Source: Cyanophora paradoxa CCMP329 (lineage: Eukaryota; Plantae; Glaucophyta). From it: a stretch of 49,322 nucleotides of DNA. The DNA lies in contig QPMI01000335.1 in assembly GCA_004431415.1 (NCBI GenBank), positions 1-49,322 on the forward strand, read 5' to 3'. The notes below the pieces were generated by a model, which was given only the letters and a program-made list of their open reading frames with translations, was not told the DNA's origin and did not search any database. How positions within the stretch are numbered: the stretch's first letter is position 1; each line of letters begins with the position of its first letter. Positions 1 to 11,071 of the stretch are shown here, piece after piece. The translations under genes and the position numbers were made by a program.

Positions 1-2730
1 GTCGCTGACCGCAGAGAGCGAGCAGCAAAAGGGCGGGGGTACCGACCTTGGAGGGGACGAGCCCCTCGATCCGCGCCCTGCAGCGGAACTTCCAGGGGAC
101 CTGCCAGGGGGGGGGGGGGGGGGGGCGGGGAGGGGAGGGGGAAAGCACGTGGGTACGGGCGCGGGGGAGGTGCGAGGAGCTGGGCGGCGAACGTTCTCGG
201 AGGCAAGGACCTCGGCGAGGCTCGAGAGGGGTACGGAATCGAAGGAGGTGGCTGGGACGGCCGGGGAGGGTGAGCTGGCGGCGGTCCGCCGCGAGGGGAG
301 ACCGCGGGAGCGCACTGGTAACGGGCGGGGCGGGGGGCCGGCAGGGCGAGGGCGGGCCCGCGCGGCAAAGCGGGCAAGGCCGGGACCGGGCCAGGGCCTG
401 CGGGGCGGGGTCCGGTGGGGCGGGGCGACGGATGCGGCTGCGGCTGCCGCAGCCGTTGCGGCGGCGAGGGCCTCCTGCGGGGGCAGGCTGAGAGCGGGAT
501 GGAGCGGGGGCTGGAGGGGCGGGCCTGGTGGCGGGCGAGGGCGTCGCGGACGTCGCGGGCGGCGGGGGCACGCGGAGGACGGAGGACTTGGCGGCGAGCT
601 CGAGCCGCGGCGCGGGAGGCGCCCCGGCCCCCGCCGAGGAGGAGGATGAGGAGGAGGCGAGCTTGAGGAGGACCCAGTCGCCGGGCCGCAGGGAGGCCAG
701 CAGCGCCCGCAGCGGCGGGCCCGCCCCGCACGCCCGCGCCAGCCGCGCCGCCACCACCGCCCCAGCCCGCCGGCGCCTCCGGGCCCCCGCCCCTGCCGCC
801 GCCCCCGCCTCAGCGCGAGCCGCGAGCTGGGCGCCGGCGGGCCGACCGGGGGAAGGATCGGGCGGGGGTACCGTCCCATACGAGGACCTCCATCGCGGGC
901 CCCACGTCCACAGGATCGGAGAGGACCTGGGGGGGCGGGTCGGGCTACCAGGAGCCGGGCAGGGGGGTACACGGGCCTGGCAGAGGATGTCCGCCTCGGA
1001 CACCCCGACGGACAAGACGTCCTCGAGCCGCTTCCGGAACGTGGCTCCTGGGAGCCAGCTCAGGTCCGCCGGTCTGAAGGCGCCGCGCCGGTGGGCGCAC
1101 GGGGTAGCGGGTTGCCGGACAGCAGGGAGACGGCGAAGGATCGGAGCTCCTCGACGCGCCTGGGCCGCGCGTGAGGCGCGCTCGGTGGGGGTTCGAGGGG
1201 TACACGGACCTCGTGTCCTCTGCGGTGAGGCGGCCCTTCGGGTCGCTGGACACGGGCGCCACGGGTCCACCTGGGGTTAAGGTGAGGGGCGACGCGAAAT
1301 CGGACCCCGACGGAGTCGAACCGGGGGCTCCCGGGAAGAGGGACCACGCCGGGGCGGGAATATTCCTGAAGAAGGCCTTCCCGCAGAGCCGCCCGTTGAA
1401 CATTTCAAACTGCGGCCGGCCTCGCGTGAGCGAGAGACGGTGCCGGCCGCGGCGTGGGGGTGCGGGCGCGCCTGGATCCGCTCCCCGCGGAATACTTCTC
1501 CAAGCCGACCGGGTAGCGGCACTGCGGCGAAAGGGTCTTGCAGGGGGTACTTGCGGGGAGCCGCAGGGGCGCGCACGGTAGCCTGGGGGGCCGAAGAGGG
1601 TGAGCTGCACCCCCGCCGGGCAGCTCTCGTCGGCGACCACGAGGCGCGCGTTGTAGTCTGAGGCTCGTTCGAGGCGAGCGCCGCGCGCGAGGGTGCCGGG
1701 GAGGGCCCACCGGAACCGCCGGTGCGGTAGGGTACGATGTAGTCGAGGACGACGCCCCAGACGTGCAGCGTACCCAGCCTGACGTCGGCGAGGCGGGTGT
1801 ACTGCAGCCCAGCCGGCGCGGATAAGGAGGAGGAGGAGGAGGAGGAGGAGGACGAGGAGGGCGCGGGTTGAGGCGGGCCGAAGGATAGGGCGGGGCGGGG
1901 CGCGGCGGCGGGGGCCGGGGCCGGAGTGCTGACGGGGGCAGGGGCGCCCCCCGAGGCGGAAGAGGGGTCCGGGCGGGGTCGCTTGGGATCCGATCCGCCG
2001 GCCGCAGCTGCGACCGATTCGTCTACATTGAGGGCAACAGGGGCGGCCTCGGAGGGGCACGCACGCTCCGCCTCCAGCTCAGAGAGGGGTACGATCCCGC
2101 GGTGGGGCCCGCGGAGGACCTGGGGAACCCGTCGGTTGGCGGCGGCCGGGGGCGGAAGGGGGCGCCAAACCGTGACGGGCGGCTCGGGTCCGCCGGGGGC
2201 GGCGGCGTGGACGGCGAGGCGGAACGGGTGGCGGCCCCCCTCCTCCTCGTCCTCCAGCGCGAACGACCGCAGCACGAGCATGTCCTGCGCTCCCTTCGCG
2301 CGCGGCGCATCGAATTCCCGCAGGCGCCAGCCGCACCTTTCGCGCGATGCGTGCGTACTGCCTCGCCTCGTCCCCGCGGAAGACGACGCGGATCTCGGAC
2401 GGGTGCGGCCCCTTCGGTGGCCCGGCGTGCGCCGCACCCTCGTCTCGGCAGTCAAAGATGAGCGCCTCGCTGTCCGCCCCAGCCGAACGCAGCTTCATCA
2501 CCACTTCGACCTGCGTTGCGTGTTGAACGATCATTTAAACGCGGCACGCGGGCCGGACCGAGCTGCGCTCGGCAGACCTTCAGTGGCAGCCCATCCGTGT
2601 GTGGCAGGCCGGAGACCGCGGCGAAGCGCGCAGCGGCCGAGGTCGAAGTCGACGCGGCGGCTGAGCTCGCCGCGGTGGCTGAGCTCGATGGAGCTGCTTC
2701 AGGCGCCTCGGAAGAGCGCTTGGGGGGCAT
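1..2730 (-). CDS. POT1: POT1/TEBP-alpha-like OB-fold telomere ssDNA-binding protein (multi-exon, 3' end beyond window)
   Basis: Probable ATG at 2730 (MPPKRSSEAP). Spliced exons read YTRLADVRLGTLHVWGVVLDYIVPYRTGGS / DYNARLVVADES...VQLTLFGPP / PLPGRLGEVFRGERIQ / FEMFNGRLCG...WSLF (POT1 OB1 pattern). They continue EADILCQ / MEVLVWDG / LRPGDWVLLK (POT1 OB2 'vWDGt' and 'pGdwv' pattern). Family assigned from recalled motifs. Confidence 0.75.
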
Positions 2731-2791
2731 CTGCCGCTCCTGCTGAGCGTTCGAAGTTGAACTTGCCAGGGTACAGTTTGAAGGCAGCGGT

Positions 2792-2818
2792 GAACGTGAT
2801 GCAACCGAACGTGATGCA
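2792..2818. repeat. 12-nt direct repeat in the POT1/ankyrin divergent spacer
   Basis: GAACGTGATGCA at 2792-2803 and 2807-2818. Confidence 0.7.
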
Positions 2819-2860
2819 CCGAGTTTGAAGGGTGGCGGCCGGTCACCTAGCACGCTTGAG

Positions 2861-5800
2861 ATGCTCGAACAGTTCGCACCGATCGACCACCTCGACCATG
2901 AGGCGCTGGAGCTTGGACTTCCTCGGTCGCGGTCGTCGTCGAGTACGCCTCCTTTCCCCGCCGGCTCGTCGGCTTCGCCAGTGCCGCATGCTATCGGGTC
3001 ACCTGGCTCCTTTTCCAACCGATGCGCCTCGCCCGTCCTGCGGGATGCAAGTGGCCGATCCGTGTTCTCTCGCCCACGCTCCTTGTACGTCCTCCGTCTG
3101 CGGGCCGGGCGGAAGCCGCTAGCTATGCGCTCCAGGACCGCGAATAGCTTATGCACCCCTCGCGCACGCGCAGCTGGAACAAGAAGCAGCAAGACCCCGA
3201 ACATACCTGCAGGTCTGCGGCCCGCTGAGCGTACGGCCGGCCTCCCAATAGCGCGCGCTGCTAACACGCGCTACGTGCAGCACGGCTGAACGCACTTCCC
3301 TTATGCGCGCGGCCGAGGAGGGCGATCTCACGACCATCGAGTGCGTGGGGCCAGCCCGGCCAAGCGGCCGATCGCTCATACGAATGCAGGGAGCTGCTGC
3401 GCGATGAAACAGCAAATGTAAACGAAACGAACTCTGCGGGCGTGTCAGCCGTCGTGTACGCGGCGCGCGCGGAGCAGTGGGCTGCAGTGCGGTGCGCGGT
3501 CGCGCCGGCCCGGGTCGGCCTCCCGCTGAGCGGAAGGGGCCAGGCTTCTGGCTTCGCGGGGGGCGGATGTGGACGCGTGCAGCAAGATGTACCGGAAGAC
3601 CCCCCTCATATGGGCCTCCAAGGCAGGGGACCTCGACACCGTCCGGTGGGGCCGCCCCCGCCGCGCCCCCAGCGCCGCCCCGCTGACCCCGCGCAGCTTC
3701 CTCCTCGACCGCGGCGCCAGCGTGACCCACCGCGACGTCGGTCCGCGAGCCCGCCCCCGCCCCCGCGCCGGCCGGCCCCCCGCGCGGGCGCCGAGGGCGG
3801 GCGGGCAGACCACATGACGGCGGCGCTGGTAGCGGCCGACGCGACCCACTGGGAAGCCGTCTGGCTGCTCCTCGAGTGCGCCCTCTCTTTTGCCGCCTTT
3901 CCTCTCCTTTCCTCCCCCGGCGACCCTCGAGCGCCGCAGCCGGGGGGCGGACGTGAACGTGAAGCCGAGCCAGGACAAGAAGACGCTGCTGATGATGGCG
4001 GCGATCCAGGCCAACGCGGAGGCCATCCGCGGCCTCTGCGTCCGCGGCGCCAAGGTCGACATCGCCCAGGTCGACGGCATCACCCCCTTGGTCCGCCCCG
4101 CCGGCCCGCCCCGCCCCGTCCCGCCCCCGCTCCGCCCCTGAACCCGCGGGAAGATGTACGCCGCCTACGTGGGGGACGTCGAGAGCGTGAGGCGCGCCCC
4201 CTTTCCCCCGCTCTCCGCCCGCCCCCTTCTCGAGCCCTTACCCCGGGGCAGGGCCCTCATCGAGGCCGGCGCGAACGTGAACCACAAGGACCGCAACGGC
4301 ACCACCGTCCTCTTCTGGGTACCCTTGCGGCTCCCCCGCTGCCCCCCCCCCCCCCCCCCCCTCCCGCCCCGGTAACGCTTACCCCGGGCAGGCGATCAGC
4401 CACGGCGGTTCGGACGAGGTGGTCAGGTGCGGCCGGCCGTTCGCGATTTCCCCTCCGGGTGCTTCTCGAGTGAGCGCGGGGGGCAGGGTGCTGCTGGAGA
4501 AGGGAAGCGACGGGAACGAGAAGGCGGAGGTGGTGCAGCTGGCGCCCATCTCCATGGCCGCCAAGATCGGCCGCTTCGACGTCGTCAGGCCCGCCCCGGC
4601 CCCGCCCGCCCCGCTCGCTGCGCCGCGCTCACCGCCTCCCCCCGCAGCGTGCTCGCCGAGTGCGGGGCCGAGGTCGATGCCAAGGACGAGGACGGGTGCC
4701 CGGGCCGCCCCGCCCGCGGCCCCCGCGCGCCCCGCCCCCTGAACCCCCTCCGCAGCTGCACGCCCCTCATGATCGCCGCCGCCGCCGGCGCACACGAGGC
4801 CGTCCGGTACCCCGCCGCCTCCTCCCATGCCCCCCCCCCCGTACCCCTCCGAGCGGCCTGGCAGGGCGCTGCTGGACGCGGGGGCCTCGCACGAGGAGAG
4901 CGACGACGTGGAGCAGACCGCCCTGCACCGTGCCCCGCCCCCGGCGCCCCCGCGCCCCGTACCCTTCCCGATCCCCCGCCCAGACGCGTGCGAGCCGATC
5001 CCGGGGTGCCCCATCGACACGGAGGTCGTGAGGCGAGCCTCGCGCGGCGCCCGGGGGCCCGAGGGGCGGGGCCTGACGCGGCGCCCTGGGGCAGGATGCT
5101 GCTGGAGGCGGGGGCGGACGGGGACGCGGAGGACGAGCGGCAGCTGCGGCCCCTCCACCGCGCCTGCGCCGCCGCCTGCCCCGACGCCGTCCGGTGCCCC
5201 CGCGCCCCTCTCGCCCCGCCCTCGCTCTCCCCGCCCGCCGCTGAGGCGCGGCAGGCTGCTGCTGGAGGCCGGGGCGGAGGTGGACGCGCAGGACGGCGAG
5301 GGGCGCACCCCGCTGCTCTTCGCCTGCAAGCTGCGCCACCTTGCCGCCGCCGCCGAGGTCGCCGGCCTCCTCCTCGAGGCCGGCGCCGACGCCAGCGCCG
5401 GCGACTGCGCCGGCAAGACGCCCCTCATGGCCGCCGCCAAGGTCTCCCCCGGACGCCCGCCCGCCGCCCCGGCCGCCCCAGCCGCCCGCCCGCGCCGACG
5501 CCGGGGCGCCCGCCGCAGAGGAACAACACGCGGCTAATCCGCATGCTCTGCGATGCCGGCGCCGATACCGATACCAAGGCGCGTCGCGCCCCTCCCCGCC
5601 AGCCCCGGGCGGCCCCGCCTGACTCGCGGCGGCAGGACTGGCGCTCGGACACGGCGGTCCTGATCGCCGCGAGGCTCTCCAAGTGGGAAGCCCTCAAGTG
5701 CGCCCCGCCGGCCCCCGGCCCCCTGCCCGCCCGCGCGCCTGGCCCGAGCTTCGGGCAGGGAGCTGGCGGCGTGCGGGGCGGACGTGAACGCCGCCGAGCA

Positions 5801-7530
5801 CAACGTCGCCGGCGTGCCCCGCACGTGCGCCCCGCCGCCCGCCCGCCCCCGCAGAGGCCGCCCCTGAGCCCGCGCAGGCCGGGGACGCCTGCGCCCTCGC
5901 CGGCGGAGGAGTCGCTGCTGGCGCGGGCGGCGGACCTGCCGCGGCGCCAGCAGCGCGCCCTCCTTGAGCGCGGCTTCTCCTTCTGCCTCCCCGACCGCTC
6001 CCAGGCCCGCCGCGCCCGCGCGGCCCCGCCCCGCCCCGCGCGAGCCGGTCTCGCGCAGGGGCGGACGGCGCTGATGTACTGCGCGGAGCACGGGGACGCG
6101 GCGACCGTGCGGGGCCTCCTCCGCCGCGGGGCCGACCCCCAGCGGGCGCGCGACCCCCCGCCCCGCCCGCGGCGCGCGCGCCGGGGCTGAGGCGGGGCGG
6201 CGGCAGACGACGTCGGCCGGCTGGAGCGCCATCGAGTTCTGCAAGCGCGGCCGCCGCGAGCGCCTCGAGCGGCGCGCCCCCGCCCCGCCCCGCCCGCCCC
6301 TCCCGTCTAGCCAGGCTCACGGCGCCGCCCTGCCGGTCGCTCGCAGGGCGATGTCGCGCCACGCGGAGGAGGCCCTGCAGCACGCGCGCCCGGGCTCCCC
6401 GCTCCTCCACCGCATCCCCTCCTCCGGCGTCGGTGCCCGCCCGCCCCGCCGCCCCGCCCCCCCGCCCCGCCCCCGTTTCCCCTGCCTTAGCCCTGCGACG
6501 CAGCCTCGGTGGCGTCGCCGCTGCCGAGCGTGCCCAACTCCGTCACGGACCTCGCGGCGGCCGATGCGCCGGCGCCGGCCCAGGCGCCCCGCGACGGGGT
6601 GCGCCCCGCCTCGCGCCAGGCGCCGCGCCGCGCCCCGCCGGGGCCCGCTGAGAGGCCGGCAGCTGGAGCGGAGCTCGTCGAACCACGCGCGGACGATCTC
6701 GCTCGGCATCCTCGCCCACCAGCAGTCCTCCACAGCCGCCGCCGCCGCCGCCGCCGCCGTCGCCGCCGCGGCGGCCGCGGGGCGGGGCCGGCGGGCGCCT
6801 CGCAGAACGCGCTGGGGGGCGCCCCCTCGGACTCCTCCTCCGCCTCCGCCTTCACCTCCCTCGCCTCCTCCGCCAACCCTCCTTCGCCCTCCCGCCCCCG
6901 CCGCCCCCCCGCGCACCCCGCCGACCGCACGCCCCCGGCCTCCCTCCTCACCGCCGCCTCCAGGGCCTCGCGGTGCGGCGCGTCTCGCCCTCGGGGCCGC
7001 CCCCGGGCTCGCCCTCGCGCTCCCGGCGCCTCTCCACGGAGGGCTCCCGCGCCTCCTCCGCCTCCCCCGCGCGCCGGCCGCGCCGCGTCCCCTCCCTCTC
7101 CGACCTCCGCGCCCTCCTCTTCCCCACCCTCGTCAACGCCCAGCTGGAGGCCAAGCCGGCGGGGCCCGTCGCCGCCCGCCGCCGCCGCTGCAGCGTCGCC
7201 TACATAGAGCACGCCGCCTCGCCCCGCAACCACGAGCTCGAGCCGCCCTCGGCGCTCTCGGACCGCATGGGCCGCGCCAACCGGCGGCGCTCGCTCAACG
7301 ACGCGACGCTCGCCGCCGGCGCGCCGCCCGACGACGCCGAGGCGGCGGCCATTATGGAGGCCCTGCAGCGCGCCATCGCCGGGCAGCTCCCGCCCTCCCC
7401 GCCCCTCTCCGCCTCCGCCTCCAGCGGCGCCGCCAGCCCCGCCTCGTCCCCGCGGCACCGCGGCCCCTCCAACGGGAAGGCGAAGCCCGGCGGTGGCGGC
7501 AGCGACAGGGAGGAGGAGGACGACGACTGA
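2861..7530 (+). CDS. Multi-ankyrin-repeat protein with low-complexity Ser/Pro/Arg C-terminus (multi-exon)
   Basis: More than a dozen ANK motifs across short exons: RTSLMRAAEEGDLTTIE, KTPLIWASKAGDLDTVR, ALIEAGANVNHKDRNGTTVLFW, CTPLMIAAAAG, GRTPLLFACK, GKTPLMAAAK, GRTALMYCAEHGD. ATG 2861 joins in phase to the first repeat via two GT-AG introns. Stop at 7528-7530 (SDREEEDDD*). Confidence 0.85.
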
Positions 7531-8018
7531 CCCGCATCCGCACGGCTCGCGTCGCCGCCGGCGCCGCTTCTATCTCACCCGTTATATGTCTAGAGTATGT
7601 CAAGGCCACTTTCAATAGTTCAAATTTAACATGTACACAGCTGCAGAGCAAAGAACTTTGAAAGAAACGTTTTAAGAAAGGCCAGAGGGGGTGGGTACAG
7701 GCAACACGCTCCGCCTCGGGGCTCATCGCTACTCACGCGGCGTTCTATAGCTAGCAGCTGAGCTTCTTCACGTCTTTAGTTTAACTCGGCTGCAGTGCGC
7801 CGCTGCCGAGCCTTGTCTGAGCGTGCTGTTCGGCATCGAGGACAATCCAACCGAGCGCGCGTGGAGCGGACGACAGGGACAAATAGAAGTTAGCTGTATC
7901 GCATAGCGCACTATCTGCACTTAGAGGCGGGCGCTAGTTACGATACGACTTCTTGCGACAGCTGCCGTGACCGGCTCAGCGTTCCGCCCGCCGTGCTAGC
8001 AGATTTAGAGGAGCTGCG

Positions 8019-8991
8019 ATGCCTCCCGTGAAGCGGAAGGTGCCCGTGAAAGGCGGCATCAAAATGGGGAGGACGTCGCTGGCGCCGGCCTTAGTGAAGC
8101 GCATGCACTCGTCGAAGACCGTCGGGCTGGAGATTGACTGGAAGGGATTCTTGAACGATGCGCTGGCGGCCGGGCCCTTCAAGCTTCTGATCCTTTCCGC
8201 TGCGGGGGCCGTCATCTTCCTCCTCCTGCCGGGCGGCAAGGAGAATGTTGGGCGATTCCTCTCGTGCGTCCCGCAGTTCTCCCTCGTGCGCGGCACTGCC
8301 TCTCACTCCGCTTCCCGCGCTCAGCTGGACGAGCTTCTGGTCGTCGCTGCTGGTGGCTTGGTGGCTCGTGATAGGCGCGCGGCGCGGCTTCTCCGCCGAC
8401 TTCGAAGAGGAGGGGGCCCTCGTGTCCCTTGTCGGCTCGCACTCCATCCACCTCGTCGGCACAGGTGCACGCCCTCGCCCGCGCAACTGTCATCCGCAAT
8501 TTGATTCGAGGCGACCCGCAGTCCTGTCCTACATCTGGTTCCCTGGCAACTTGCCCCGCGGCGACGGGCTCGTGTCCCTCGCGATCTGCTATGGGAGCTT
8601 GTACCTCGGCGGGGCCCTGCGCCTTGCGGGCTACGGGCGTACAAACACCCTCGCACGCCTCCTGAAGGCCGTCACGTGGGCCACCTTCGCCGAGTCGTCG
8701 TATCGAACCATCCAGGGACCCAAGGACGAGCGTGCGTGGCCCCTGGAACCGGTAGCCAGCCAGGCATTGCAAATTTGATCTTGGCGCGCAGCCCAGGTGT
8801 ACATGTCGATGGTGGTCCTGGTTATGAGCGCGCTCTACAGGCTCACGCTCTACTTCGATAAGCCGCCAGCAGGGAAGGCGCCGCTTGCGCGGGCGCCCTC
8901 GCCCGTCGCTCCAGAGTCCGTGCCGGCTGAGGCCGCGTTTGCGCACGCGGACGACGATGCCCCACCAGCGCCCGAGGAGCAAGACGAGTAG
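8019..8991 (+). CDS. Hypothetical multi-pass membrane protein (about 4 exons)
   Basis: MPPVKRK start. Hydrophobic segments FKLLILSAAGAVIFLLL, FWSSLLVAWWLVIGA, LVSLAICYGSLYLGGAL and YMSMVVLVMSALYRL are separated by short GT-AG introns. Acidic tail ends PEEQDE* at 8991. No family recognised. Confidence 0.65.
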
Positions 8992-9253
8992 TTCGGTAGT
9001 TCTATTTTATTGATTAATCGATGATGCGCTCGCGATGCAAGCTGCGAGCCTCGAAGACTCGAGCTGAGCGCCTGCAGCGCTAGCGTGGTGCAGCCGACAC
9101 CGGCTATGGGTATCGTGTGCGCAAGTAAACTGGCGCACATCGATATCGGCGGTGGGCCGGCGCGCTGCTTGCCAGCTAGCCCGAACGGCTCAGCTGCGCT
9201 TGGGGGGTGCCTTTAGTGGAGGGGTACAGCTCACCACACAGCTAGTCGGCAAA

Positions 9254-10241
9254 ATGTATTCGTCGACCTACGCACGCCCTGGCTCCTCTGGACCTGCTGC
9301 CGCTGGCAGCGCTGCGATCCGTGGCTCGACCCGGAAGGGCCGCTACGAGATTTCGGAAGCCCAGAAGATGGAGATCCGCGAGGTGCGTTTTGAACGTTAG
9401 CCGGGCCAGGCGGCTGGGCGGGAGAGTGCCGAGCCTTGTAGAAGAGATTCTGATGTGATTTTCCGCGCATTCGTGCAGGCGTTCGACCTCTTCGACACTG
9501 GTGAGGCTGGGCCTCCCGCGCTCGTTCAAAACGCAGTGTGCTGATGTGGCGCCCCCGGGCACGTGGGTTCGCAGACGGCAATGGCTACATTGATTCTAAG
9601 GAGCTGAAGGTTGCCATGCGGGCCCTGGGCATTGAGCCGAAGAAGGGCGAGGTCAAGAAGATGATTGCGGGTCCGTGGCTACCGCCCCGGCTGAACTTGC
9701 TTTCCGGCGACCGAGTGTGACGGCAGAGGTCGACAAAGACGGCAACGGGACCATCGACTTCGATGAGTTCCTTTCCCTCATGACCCAGAAGTTCGCGGAG
9801 CGGGACCCGAAGGAGGAGGTTCTGAAGGCGTTCCGTCTCTTCGATGACGACAATACTGGTTCGTCATAGCTAGGCCGTTGCCGCCAGCCGAGCGCCGCAG
9901 CGCGTCGGGGGCTGCAACCGAGCGGGTAGCTGACGAACTGTTATGTCCGCACGGCAGGCAAGATCTCGTTCAAGAACCTGAAGCGAGTGGCAAAGGAGCT
10001 CGGCGAGCGGATGACGGACGAGGTAGCCTACTCGGTGGTGGTCCTTGTTCTTGATCGCCGCTCAACGCCATAGCGCGCAGGAGCTGCAGGAGATGATCGA
10101 CGAGTTCGACACCGACGGCGACGGCGAGATCAACGAGGAGGACTTCATGCGGTGCGCTTTCTTGTTGCCGCTCTGCGTGGCCGCCGTCGTCGAACCCGCT
10201 GCAGGATCATGAAGAAGTCGCTTCTCGCGGGCGCGCAATGA
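9254..10241 (+). CDS. CETN: Centrin (caltractin), four EF hands, 7 exons
   Basis: Spliced product: MYSSTYARP...[11 protein letters not shown]|AFDLFDT|[32 protein letters not shown]|[44 protein letters not shown]|[22 protein letters not shown]|[24 protein letters not shown]|[11 protein letters not shown]. These are centrin-specific signatures. Confidence 0.96.
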
Positions 10242-10546
10242 GCAGCGCTCGTTCCGCTCCCTTCCTTCCCCATCCTTTTCCTCTTCCCTCTCTCCTTCCC
10301 AAGCCGCCGCGTAATCTCTCCTCGCTTCGCCTTTCCCGTCCCGTGCTCCCCAAGCCGGCGCCCGCCCCTTCCGCCTGGCCGAGAGGAGCACCTGTCAGTG
10401 TATTTTCTTTTGCTGCGTTCTAGTAACATCGGCTACGCCCGCGCAAAGACCGAGAAGAGCGCCCGATGCGGTTTGGGGGTGGTCGGCGGGACGTCTGCCA
10501 GCTCACGGAGTCTACAAAGTGTGCAGCGACGGCACTTGCGGTTCGA

Positions 10547-10668
10547 CACACAGCTAGTCGGCATTCGAAAGATGTATTCACTAAGCTGCTCACTCGCCCT
10601 GACGTCGACTCTTCTGGACCTGCTGGCAGCGTTACAATCCGTGGCCATGCCAGTGGCTCGACCCGGAA
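10547..10668 (+). pseudogene. Decayed duplicate of centrin 5' UTR and exon 1
   Basis: Collinear identical blocks shared with 9235-9336: CACACAGCTAGTCGGCA, ATGTATTC, CGCCCTG, TCTGGACCTGCTG, GCTGGCAGCG, ATCCGTGGC, GTGGCTCGACCCGGAA. The copy is frameshifted and no EF-hand exons follow. Confidence 0.8.
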
Positions 10669-11071
10669 AAAAGGCCTCCGTATCCGCGCCGGCGCCATGA
10701 CTCCGAGGCTCGGCGCGCGATATCGGACGCCGCTGAGCTCCGGCCCTCGGGCACCGAGCCAAGAAGCTTTTTTAGATGGAGCCTCGGAGATCTATAGAGC
10801 CGCAAGATTTGGACTGGAATTCGAATGAAATCTGAGCGAGAACTCACTCAAATTGAAGCCAGCTAACCGTGAACTACGTATACTGCTGAATACAAACTAT
10901 GTTAAGCATCGTCTGCCACTAGGGCAGCTGCAGGGGTTTCCTTCTTCCCTGCTTTTCGAGATCGCTGTGCCCGCATGAACGCCGACTGCGATTATGGGGC
11001 GGTCGCGGGTCTGCTCGGCCTCGGAGACGCCGTGTGTGACGCGGGGGCCCCTAGGCCAGGCCGGTCGTCCG

